Assembly: GCF_000008385.1 (NCBI RefSeq)
Contig: NC_006833.1
Span: forward strand, 540,001 to 572,000
Direction of reading: 5' to 3'
DNA: 32,000 nt
Source: Wolbachia endosymbiont strain TRS of Brugia malayi
GTDB lineage: Bacteria; Pseudomonadota; Alphaproteobacteria; Rickettsiales; Anaplasmataceae
The notes below the pieces were generated by a model. The model made no database searches. It saw nothing but the letters and a program-made list of their open reading frames with translations, and had not been told where the DNA came from. Both the position numbers and the translations under genes were made by a program. The number at the start of each line of letters is the position of its first letter. The first letter of the stretch is position 1. Positions 1-8,253 of the stretch are shown here, piece by piece.

Positions 1-115
1 CAGGTAAAAAGCCGTAAAGACTTGAGATCCTATTTGCTATTTGCTGAATGTATTTAAACCTATACCATTCATCAAATAGAAGATCCTTTGTTCCTCTAAC
101 TGTTTGATTAGTCAT
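1..115 (-). CDS. hisS: histidine--tRNA ligase, N-terminal fragment (continues beyond window start)
   Basis: Minus-strand ATG at 115-113, then [38 protein letters not shown], open to position 1. This resembles the class II HisRS N-terminus (RGT[RK]D..). The ATG overlaps the TGA of the upstream gene (ATGA at 112-115). Confidence 0.7.
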   Translation of the reverse strand, partial: MTNQTVRGTKDLLFDEWYRFKYIQQIANRISSLYGFLP

Positions 116-684
116 AACGTAGTCTCTATACCTGAAACCTCTGGTATGTGGTAACACAGCATATTTTGCACTCCTTGTTTTAGGGTAATTGCAGCACTTG
201 GGCATCCAGAGCAGGCTCCTTGCAGTTCAACATAAACTATTCCATCTTTATAGCCGCGGAATTTGATGTCGCCGCCGTCTTGAGCAACTGCAGGTTTGAT
301 GTAATTTTCCATCAACTCCTTTATTCTATTTACAATTTCTATATCATTTTCATCGAAAAATTCCTCATCCGGTATGTTGTTGTCATTCACTCCTTTTCTA
401 TCTAGTGCCTTCCCACCAGAGGTAAAGTGATCCATAACCGTAGTTAAAATTTCCACTTTTAATATGTCCCAACTAATCCCATCCGATTTTGTTACTGAAA
501 TAAAATCATGGCCAAAAAATACTCTTATCACATGTTCTATTTGGAAAAGGTCTGCTGCTAATTTAGAATTTTTTATTTCATCTGGATTTGAAAAATCAGC
601 AGTTTCCCTTTCGTTTAAAATCGCAAACCCAGGAAGAAATTTTAGCGTATTGGGGTTTGGTGTTTCTTCAATTTGAATGAACAT
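112..684 (-). CDS. Nfu/NifU-like Fe-S cluster assembly protein (Nfu_N domain plus NifU C-terminal CxxC domain)
   Basis: 190-aa ORF with an ATG start. N-terminus [19 protein letters not shown] is typical of Nfu_N. C-terminal GACSGCPSA is the CxxC motif. Confidence 0.85.
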   Translation of the reverse strand: MFIQIEETPNPNTLKFLPGFAILNERETADFSNPDEIKNSKLAADLFQIEHVIRVFFGHDFISVTKSDGISWDILKVEILTTVMDHFTSGGKALDRKGVNDNNIPDEEFFDENDIEIVNRIKELMENYIKPAVAQDGGDIKFRGYKDGIVYVELQGACSGCPSAAITLKQGVQNMLCYHIPEVSGIETTL

Positions 685-743
685 GTTATTTACCTGACGA
701 TTATAATATTACTATTTAATCACAAAATGAAAAAAATATACAC

Positions 744-843
744 GTCATTCCTTTTTTGGCACTCATGGTAGGTTAAATTTACCCTACCTAAGGTAGTTGT
801 GTCTTTCCTCAGAAGTCACACTAAAAATTATACTGGCAATAAC
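744..843. repeat. degenerate copy of the palindromic element family (see 25709-25871)
   Basis: Starts gtcattcc and ends tttcctcagaagtcacac...actggcaataac. This resembles the family ends gtcat[ct]ccagtg and tttcctctgg..cactgggataac. It contains a ggtagg/cctacc hairpin. Only the ends are similar. Confidence 0.35.
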
Positions 844-1014
844 ATGTATATAGATGAGGCATTAAAAATACCGGAGCTAAATCCTGAAGCAAGTTAAAAT
901 AAAATCAATAAAACATATCAAAATTTAATTAAGTTAGTTCATCCAGACAAAGGAGGCTTAGAATATTTTGTGCAAAAGTTAAATGCAGCACGTGATAAGT
1001 TGCTAAAAAGATAA
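844..1014 (+). pseudogene. small J-domain (DnaJ-like) gene interrupted by an in-frame TAA
   Basis: Translation is MYIDEALKIPELNPEAS*NKINKTYQNLIKLVHPDKGGLEYFVQKLNAARDKLLKR*. It carries the HPD tripeptide and J-domain helix II/III pattern. The in-frame TAA is at 895-897. Confidence 0.6.
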
Positions 1015-1098
1015 TAACTGTCTATTACATAGTAACCATTAAAAATTTTTTCGGTTTCCCATATAAATTCTACTGCTGCAGACTTAAGTTATGAATCT

Positions 1099-1128
1099 AA
1101 ATAAGCACTCAAATTTGAGTGCTTATTT
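1099..1128. terminator. perfect 30-nt palindrome, candidate bidirectional intrinsic terminator
   Basis: aaataagcactcaaa|tttgagtgcttattt lies between the convergent J-domain gene (+) and the 1171-2043 ORF (-). The stem ends in a U-rich run on both strands. Confidence 0.5.
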
Positions 1129-1170
1129 CTTGAAAAAAACAGATATATACAGACATTAGTTTGTATTATC

Positions 1171-2043
1171 TCAGTGGAACTTAACAAGTTTATCTATAGT
1201 TTTAGTAATGATTCTTGGAGTATCCGGAGAAACCTTTGAATTAAGCCTATTTAGTTGCTCTATAGCAAATTCACTATTCTCATTGGCTATAAAATTACAC
1301 AAAATGTCTTCTATACTCTTAGTAATATTTTCATACTTTCTCAAAGGATGATTTTGTGGATACCTATTGATGGTTTTAATACTGGAATACTCGACAAAAG
1401 CTTGATCCTTAAAAGCAAGTTCTCTCAATTGTTCTTTAAGTTTTAATTCTTCCTCTTTTGCCAATAGGCAAGATTGTATCAGTGATTTTATGATTGAATT
1501 TATTGTTTGATGTATCTCATAATTTACTACAATATTAATAATATTCTCTTTTACCACACAATCATACATACTTTTTTCGCTCTTTAACAACTCTATCAAT
1601 GTTTCGCTATTTTGCGAATTTAATTCTAAATTTTCTTCGCTCATAGGAGTCATGATGAAGGTGTTTTTATTCACTCTAATGTTGAACTGTGGAGAGCCAC
1701 CAAAAAATGAAAGCACTATGCCCTTAGATTCAAGTGCATGATTACATGCAGAAAAGAGAGTGTGCGCTATAACACTGCTTGGCACCTTCATTCCGTGTTT
1801 ACTCAAGTGATGCAGTATATTTTCAACGTCATAATACGTGAAGTCTGAACTTTTTAGTAAATCAACAATCTCTATGCTATCTTGTTGTTTATACCTTATC
1901 CTTACCTCCTCTGTAAAAAGAGTTTTGGCTGCTACATGTTTATCAAGCACCGTGAAAATTTTGATGAAATTCTCTAAATCCTGTTTGTCAATTAATTCAA
2001 TAGTAATTAAGTTCCTGCTAACAATTGAAATATTTTTTGTCAT
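1171..2043 (-). CDS. hypothetical protein, no recognisable domain
   Basis: Long ORF. The track start at 2052 is GTG; I prefer the ATG at 2043-2041 (MTKNISIV...). No signal peptide, TM segment or motif recognised. Confidence 0.6.
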   Translation of the reverse strand: MTKNISIVSRNLITIELIDKQDLENFIKIFTVLDKHVAAKTLFTEEVRIRYKQQDSIEIVDLLKSSDFTYYDVENILHHLSKHGMKVPSSVIAHTLFSACNHALESKGIVLSFFGGSPQFNIRVNKNTFIMTPMSEENLELNSQNSETLIELLKSEKSMYDCVVKENIINIVVNYEIHQTINSIIKSLIQSCLLAKEEELKLKEQLRELAFKDQAFVEYSSIKTINRYPQNHPLRKYENITKSIEDILCNFIANENSEFAIEQLNRLNSKVSPDTPRIITKTIDKLVKFH

Positions 2044-2159
2044 TTTTCCCACTAAAAAAACTCACTAAATAAATTGTATTTTTAATCCATTAAAATTTGT
2101 TTAAAGCAAATATGCTAATTCTTCATTCGTGCATTGCACAACAGTAAAAGCAAGAAAAA

Positions 2160-2528
2160 TTACATAAAATCGTCATGTGATGCTACATATTCTTCATATT
2201 CATCACTATTGCTTGTGTAAGTTGTTACATCAGTTTTATCATAATTGGTACTTAACATATCATCTAACTTCCCTTCCCTTTCAAGGTCCATCAATTTGTC
2301 ACATCCAGCAATATGGTGTACATAATTGCCATTTTTATCAGCAATAAAAATTTGCGGAACTGTTCTAACATTATACTTTAACTTTATGTTACTAAACAAA
2401 TCTGAATTTTTAAACACATCAATTTCTTCATATTTCACACCTTTCTCATCTAGCAGCTCCTTTGCTCTCTTACAGAACGGACAGTACTGCTTTATATATA
2501 TAACAACCTTTCTTTTAGCATTTTTCAC
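2160..2528 (-). CDS. glutaredoxin (CPFC active site) with an acidic C-terminal extension
   Basis: Motifs VVIYIKQYCPFCKRAKELL, TVPQIFI and GCDKL. The start codon at 2528 is GTG. The protein is about 35 aa longer than classical Grx3-type proteins. Confidence 0.8.
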   Translation of the reverse strand: MKNAKRKVVIYIKQYCPFCKRAKELLDEKGVKYEEIDVFKNSDLFSNIKLKYNVRTVPQIFIADKNGNYVHHIAGCDKLMDLEREGKLDDMLSTNYDKTDVTTYTSNSDEYEEYVASHDDFM

Positions 2529-2577
2529 AATTTATCTCCGTAATTTATAAAATACAGTTATTATATATTAAGAAAGC

Positions 2578-3627
2578 ATGTATAAAATATCAAATTGTAT
2601 GAAAATTATTTATGATTACGAGAGAGGAATAGAAAATAACGTAGCATTAACCTTTGGAAACTTCGACGGCATTCACTTAGGACATGAGTTAGCAATTTCT
2701 ACTCTAAAGAAGATAGCGCAAGAAAGAGGATTTCCCTCCGCAATCTTAACTTTTGAGCCTCATCCATCAACTATTTTATTTAACAGAAATAATTTTAGAT
2801 TAATAAATCAAGAACAAAAAAAGGAACTAATCAGCAGCTATGGTATAGATTACTTATACATTATCAATTTCAATAAAGGTTTTTCTCAAATCAGCTGTGA
2901 TGACTTCATTAGCAAGATTTTGATAGATAGGTATAACACTAAACACATAATTGTCGGAGAAAGTTGTACTTTTGGTCATAAACGATTGGGTAATACACTA
3001 ATCTTAAGGAAACATTCTGAAACATATGGATATTCCTTGACTAAATTAGAACCATTAACAGTTAATGGAAAAATTTGCTCTTCTTCTTCAATTAGAGAGC
3101 ACATACAAAAGGGCGAAATAGAAATTGCTAATAAGTTGCTTGGCAGATCTTATCAAGTTTCTGGTACTGTAATGAAAGGTGCACTTAGAGGTAGAGAAAT
3201 AGGATTTCCAACCATAAACATTCCTATAGAAGATTGTATGATAAAACCTAAGTTTGGTACATATTATGCTAAAGTGGCATTTACCTCCTTAGATGTCATT
3301 CCAGCACGTGATGCTGGAATCTATAGATCCCAATATCAAAGCAATGAAACAACAGAAGGTTCCGCAAAAGGCTCATTCTCTGGCAGTGGTCCAAGTTGGC
3401 TATACGGAGTAGTCAACATTGGTATGAGGCCTACGTTTAATGACTTAAAAAAACCCATAGTAGAGATGCACATATTTGATTTCAATGAAGATATATATGA
3501 CCGTAAGGTTAATATACAACTTTTAAAGTTCATAAGATCAGAAAAAAGGTTCCTTAGTGTTGACGAATTAACAAAACAGATAAATCATGATATACTTGAA
3601 GCTTATCAGTTAAGGACAGACTTATGA
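2578..3627 (+). CDS. ribF: bifunctional riboflavin kinase / FMN adenylyltransferase
   Basis: N-terminal FGNFDGIHLGH (FAD synthetase). C-terminal GFPTINI and GVVNIGMRPTF (riboflavin kinase). It carries an extra segment of about 36 aa; see the repeat at 3295-3395. The stop overlaps the lspA start (ATGA). Confidence 0.9.
   Translation: MYKISNCMKIIYDYERGIENNVALTFGNFDGIHLGHELAISTLKKIAQERGFPSAILTFEPHPSTILFNRNNFRLINQEQKKELISSYGIDYLYIINFNKGFSQISCDDFISKILIDRYNTKHIIVGESCTFGHKRLGNTLILRKHSETYGYSLTKLEPLTVNGKICSSSSIREHIQKGEIEIANKLLGRSYQVSGTVMKGALRGREIGFPTINIPIEDCMIKPKFGTYYAKVAFTSLDVIPARDAGIYRSQYQSNETTEGSAKGSFSGSGPSWLYGVVNIGMRPTFNDLKKPIVEMHIFDFNEDIYDRKVNIQLLKFIRSEKRFLSVDELTKQINHDILEAYQLRTDL
3295..3395 (+). 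repeat. palindromic element copy embedded in frame in ribF
   Basis: gtcattccagcacgtgatgctggaatctat aligns to the 30-nt units at 25709, 25842(rc) and 12488(rc). It has an 8-bp stem, ttccagca/tgctggaa. The distal end ctctggcagtgg resembles the family right end ctctggatcccagtg. Confidence 0.6.
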
Positions 3628-4088
3628 AAAAACTATGCTTGATTATTACACTCATAATAGTATTGACAGATCAGGCGAGCAAGCTTTACATAAATTTATT
3701 GATTGATGAAGGAGAGTCAATTGAGGTTTCCAGCTTTATAAGATTAGTTGAAGTATGGAACTCAGGTATTAGTTTTGGAATGTTCAGCACCTTACCATAT
3801 AGCGATCTTTTTTTTTCAGCATTTTCAACATTGATAATTGGTGTACTTGCATACTTAGTTTATAAGTCTAATGAGCAATTAACCTGTCTTGGTTTTTCTT
3901 TGATGATTGGTGGAGCAATCGGAAATGTAGTTGACAGGATCTACTGGGGAGCTGTATATGACTTCATATATTTTCATATTGGTGATTGGTATTGGCCAGC
4001 TTTCAATTTAGCAGATTTATATATAGTTTGCGGAATGTTTACATTGTTATATAAATGGTACATATATGATAGGTTTATTTCTAAGTGA
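3624..4088 (+). CDS. lspA: lipoprotein signal peptidase (signal peptidase II)
   Basis: 154-aa polytopic protein with motifs NSGISFG, GGAIGNVVDR and FNLAD. Confidence 0.9.
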   Translation: MKKLCLIITLIIVLTDQASKLYINLLIDEGESIEVSSFIRLVEVWNSGISFGMFSTLPYSDLFFSAFSTLIIGVLAYLVYKSNEQLTCLGFSLMIGGAIGNVVDRIYWGAVYDFIYFHIGDWYWPAFNLADLYIVCGMFTLLYKWYIYDRFISK

Positions 4089-4136
4089 AATGAGGAAAAA
4101 TCATTGTTTTGAGTTCAATTATATTAGGTCAGAATA

Positions 4137-5477
4137 ATGCTTAACAAGTTCTTTAGTTTTTTTATATTACCTGTATTTTTTTTCATTTATCCAATTGTTC
4201 TGAAAACTGAAAGTGTAGAACACAACATAAAATATGCTAAACTCAGCAATGGGTTAGATGTTTATGTCGTCCCTAATTATCGAATTCCTGCTGCTCTACA
4301 CGCAATAATATATAAAGTTGGAGGAATGGATGACCCGATTGGCAAAGCAGGATTGGCTCACTATTTTGAACATTTAATGTTTGAAACTACAGGAAGGTTT
4401 AAAGACATAGAATCTACTATGAGCAGTATTGGGGCTCAATTTAACGCTGGTACAACTAAAGAATATACCATTTACTACGAATTGGTCCTCAAAAAAGATT
4501 TACCACTAGCAATGGAAGTCGAAGCAGACAGAATGGGCAACTTTAATGTTACTCAAGACAAAATAGACAGGGAAAAAAACATCGTGCTAGAAGAAAGGAA
4601 GATGAGATTTGACAATCATCCTAACAATTTATTATGGGAAGAAATGAATAGTGTATTTTACCGTACTGGCTATGGCAGATCCGTTATTGGCTGGGAAAGC
4701 GATATTAAAACTTACAATCAGGATGATATAACGAGATTTCACGATAACTATTATCACCCGAACAATGCAATACTGTTGGTTGTTGGTGATGTGGAATTTG
4801 ATGCAGTAGTGAAATTAGCGGAGGAAAAGTATGGAAAAATCAAAGCCAAGCCAGTAATTAGGTATTACCCAAATCAGGATCCAGTATACAATGCAAATCT
4901 ATCAGTAACTTTAGAAAGCGCCGAGGTAAAAGAACCAGTGTTATATTTTCGTTATCGTGTTCCTTTATTCAAGCATATAAGTGAAATTTCTGCTGTTGAT
5001 TTGGCAGTTAACATTTTAGGAAGTGGCAAATCTAGTAAACTATATAAAGATTTGGTTCTAGATAAAGACATAGCAGTGTCAGTGTCTGCTTATTATGATA
5101 GTTTAACTTTTAGTGATGGTTATATTGATATCAAGGTAACTCCAAAAAACGGAGTGAGTTTAGATATCGTTGAAAGAGAGCTAAATAGCGCTATCAATCA
5201 CTTTACCTCGGAAGGAATAACGAATGAGGAGTTGCAAAGCACAAAGTATAGGTACAAGGCGGCACAACTTGATAATCTATCGAGCCTAACCAATATAGCA
5301 TTTTTCTATGGCTCACATCTAGCACTTGGTATTCCACTTGATGAAATAGATATTTCATATAGTAAAATTGGTGATGTTAATTTAGAAGATGTAAATAGTA
5401 AAATTCGTACCATCTTTTCTGCTAATAAGTTAGTTGGTTGTTTGCTACCAAAAGGAGGTAATAATGAAGATAAGTAA
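4137..5477 (+). CDS. M16 family zinc peptidase (insulinase/pitrilysin-like), catalytic-type subunit
   Basis: HYFEHLMFE provides the inverted HxxEH zinc motif. It has an N-terminal signal-like segment and is 446 aa long. Confidence 0.85.
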   Translation: MLNKFFSFFILPVFFFIYPIVLKTESVEHNIKYAKLSNGLDVYVVPNYRIPAALHAIIYKVGGMDDPIGKAGLAHYFEHLMFETTGRFKDIESTMSSIGAQFNAGTTKEYTIYYELVLKKDLPLAMEVEADRMGNFNVTQDKIDREKNIVLEERKMRFDNHPNNLLWEEMNSVFYRTGYGRSVIGWESDIKTYNQDDITRFHDNYYHPNNAILLVVGDVEFDAVVKLAEEKYGKIKAKPVIRYYPNQDPVYNANLSVTLESAEVKEPVLYFRYRVPLFKHISEISAVDLAVNILGSGKSSKLYKDLVLDKDIAVSVSAYYDSLTFSDGYIDIKVTPKNGVSLDIVERELNSAINHFTSEGITNEELQSTKYRYKAAQLDNLSSLTNIAFFYGSHLALGIPLDEIDISYSKIGDVNLEDVNSKIRTIFSANKLVGCLLPKGGNNEDK

Positions 5478-6774
5478 ATTTGTATTTCTATTTCTTTTCT
5501 GTCTAGGCTTTAATTTACAAGCAAGCGGTACCCTAAATATAGAAGAGGTCATTACCCGTAAAGGGTTTAAATTTTTATTCGTTGAAAACTGTGATTTACC
5601 AAAGGTCTCACTGAACATATCGTTCAAAGATGCAGGTTACGCATATGAGAATGTAGAAAAACAGGGACTTACTTGGTTCACTTCCCTTGCAATTCAAGAA
5701 GGAGCGGGAAAAAATGATGCCAAAGATTTTGCAAAAAAGCTTGAAGATAAAGGGATTAGCTTAAATTTTATTGCTGGTTTAGAAGCATTTAGGGCTTCGT
5801 TAAATACTTTGTCTGAGAATCTAGAGGAAGCAGTTTCGTTACTAAGCGATGCTATAATGCACCCTAAAGTTGACCTCGAAGGATTGAATAGAGCTTTTGA
5901 GAAAGCCAAAGTTAATTTTAATAATCTTGAAAAAGATCCTTATTTTATTGCTGGAAAAGAATTAAATACGTTGTTGTTTAAGAAACATCCTTACTCAAAA
6001 AGTGAGTATGGAATTCTTGATACTATAATGAGCATTACTAGAGATGATGTTCTAGCGTACGTAAAGCGTAATTTCACTAAAGATAATATAGTTATTAGTG
6101 TTGTTGGTTGCACAACAAAGGAAGAAGTTAGTGCACTACTGGATAAATATTTATCAAAACTACCATTAAAAAGATCAAAAGTCAGAAAAATACCTGTAAA
6201 AAATAACTTTGGCCCTGCAGAAAGTAAAAACATTTTTATGGATATACCGCAGAGTGTAATATTTTTTGCCCAAAAAGGTATAGCTTATGAAGATCCTGAT
6301 TATTATAGCGCCAGCGTCTTAATTAATGCGCTTGGCGGCATGGGACTAAATTCAATATTAATGAAAGAATTGAGGCAAAACTTGGGTATTACTTACGGTG
6401 TTTTTGCACATATTATCCCCAATAAACATGGGAATGCTATAGTTGGAAATATGAGTACTGATAGCTCTACTGCTGGCAAAGCTATATTAGCAGTAAAAGA
6501 TACATTGAGCAGAATAAAAAGGGAAGGAATTGATGAACAATTGTTCAAGGATGCAAAAACCATTTTAGTAAATAACCTTACCTTTTTTCTATCTAATAAC
6601 ACAAATACAGCAATGCTATTAGATGATATGCAGATAAATGATCGTGACGTTAACCGCATAAATAATTATGCGGATATCATTAATGACGTTAAATTAGAGA
6701 AAGTAAATGAACTGGCAAGTTCTTTATTAGATCCTGAAAATTTATTCTTTGTTAAAGTCGGAAGAAACACTTAA
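5464..6774 (+). CDS. M16 family peptidase-like protein lacking the HxxEH motif
   Basis: M16 fold pattern (LGGMGLNSILMKELRQNLGITYGV) without a zinc motif. I prefer the ATG at 5464 (MKISKFVFLF, signal-like) over the track start at 5434. It overlaps the upstream gene by 14 nt. Confidence 0.8.
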   Translation: MKISKFVFLFLFCLGFNLQASGTLNIEEVITRKGFKFLFVENCDLPKVSLNISFKDAGYAYENVEKQGLTWFTSLAIQEGAGKNDAKDFAKKLEDKGISLNFIAGLEAFRASLNTLSENLEEAVSLLSDAIMHPKVDLEGLNRAFEKAKVNFNNLEKDPYFIAGKELNTLLFKKHPYSKSEYGILDTIMSITRDDVLAYVKRNFTKDNIVISVVGCTTKEEVSALLDKYLSKLPLKRSKVRKIPVKNNFGPAESKNIFMDIPQSVIFFAQKGIAYEDPDYYSASVLINALGGMGLNSILMKELRQNLGITYGVFAHIIPNKHGNAIVGNMSTDSSTAGKAILAVKDTLSRIKREGIDEQLFKDAKTILVNNLTFFLSNNTNTAMLLDDMQINDRDVNRINNYADIINDVKLEKVNELASSLLDPENLFFVKVGRNT

Positions 6775-6973
6775 AGCAAACGGTCACTATAATATGGATA
6801 AATTTTGAACTATATATCCTTATTTCAGGTGAAGGATAATACAAAAAGCGCTAAAACAGGAAACAAAAAGTCTTAGTAGACTCATTAATAATGACATTGT
6901 CCGCATCAACACAGGTATATTCATCATTGTTAATTTGATACATATTACAAGCTGACAAGTAGGCATAACAAGT

Positions 6974-7298
6974 ATGCTCTCAGTAATATTAGCACAGGTG
7001 TTTTTTTGTTTAATTTCCCTGATTTCAAATGTATACTCTTTTTTTGATTATTTCAGAGAAAAAAGCCTATATAAAAAATGTAACTACAAGAAAACACTAG
7101 AAGCAAAAAGAAGGAACGAATATAGAATTCAAGGTATTTGTTTGGACATTCTATGCGATGTACTATTTTTAACTGGTGCTTGCAGTTTCTATTGCTTTAT
7201 TTAGTAGTCCTGTAGTTCTTTTCATTACTATACCACTCATTACATTAGGTTGTGTAGTGATGGTTGAACATAACTCACTCTATTTACCGTCAAGTTAA
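6974..7298 (+). pseudogene. possible frameshifted small membrane-protein gene
   Basis: The 76-aa ORF has two hydrophobic segments and stops at 7204. A third hydrophobic segment (SSPVVLFITIPLITLGCVVMV) continues in the next frame to 7298. No family recognised. Confidence 0.25.
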
Positions 7299-7671
7299 AA
7301 ACTTTAAAAACCACTCTTCACAACTTTCAAAAGAGAAACAGTAAGAGCTGCACACAGAGATGAAAAAAGAAATAAATTCATCACGCCTTTACAAAATTGC
7401 AGCAAAAGTCCTGCCTAACATAATAGTACTAGCAAGATTGCACACTAATAAGGAGAACAAAGAAAAACGAAAAAGGTTAACTTTTAAAAGAAATGCTGAA
7501 ATGAGGTAACAGGAAATAAGTTAACAGTAATACAGTGAGTAAAAAGATAAAGTTGTCGAAGCACCAAGTAAAGATAACAAAAAGGAAAATATTAAACGCA
7601 ATTCTGAAGTTTCATCAATCATACCTTTTTTGAGTGAAAATGTAGTTGATAAAGAGAAAGACAGCAATACT

Positions 7672-8253
7672 TCATGGTCTCTCTAGTTTTCTACTTAGCA
7701 TTGCTATTAACCTTACTGCTTCTACGTAACATTTATGCTCTTCAGACAAGATGCGTTTTGAGAGGCTATGAATATCATCATTTGGTAACACTGGTACAGC
7801 AGCTTGAGCAATTATAGCTCCAGCATCAACTTCAGAAGTGACGTAATGCACGGTACAACCCGTAACTTTTACACCTGCTTTCAGGGCTTGCTCCTGGGCA
7901 TTTAGGCCCTTGAAAGAAGGAAGTAAAGAGGGATGGACATTTATAACTTTGCCATGCCATTTATTAAGAAAGTCAGCTTTGAGAATTCTCATAAACCCCG
8001 CAAGGCAAACTAAATTAACCTCATGTTGAACAAGTATTTCATGAATTTTATCAACATCAAGTGGTTTGTTTTCAACAACAAATGTTGGCATTCCTGCTTG
8101 CTCTGCTACTTTTAAACCAGCAGCTTTATTATTGTTGGAGATAACACATGCCATTTCTGCAGGAAAGCCGTAATTTTGACATGCTTTCATTAATGCTTGC
8201 ATGTTCGATCCCCTACCTGAAATTAGTATTCCGAGTTTTACCTTTTTCATCAT
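7672..8253 (-). CDS. purN: phosphoribosylglycinamide formyltransferase
   Basis: Motifs KLGILISGRGSNMQAL, NVHPSLLPSFKG and VTGCTVHYV. 193 aa. Confidence 0.9.
   Translation of the reverse strand: MMKKVKLGILISGRGSNMQALMKACQNYGFPAEMACVISNNNKAAGLKVAEQAGMPTFVVENKPLDVDKIHEILVQHEVNLVCLAGFMRILKADFLNKWHGKVINVHPSLLPSFKGLNAQEQALKAGVKVTGCTVHYVTSEVDAGAIIAQAAVPVLPNDDIHSLSKRILSEEHKCYVEAVRLIAMLSRKLERP

Noticed and set aside
8203-8213. gttcgatcccc, a tRNA T-arm-like string
   Set aside because: It lies inside the purN coding sequence, and the flanks cannot form T-stem or acceptor pairing. I found no tRNA or rRNA anywhere in the window.
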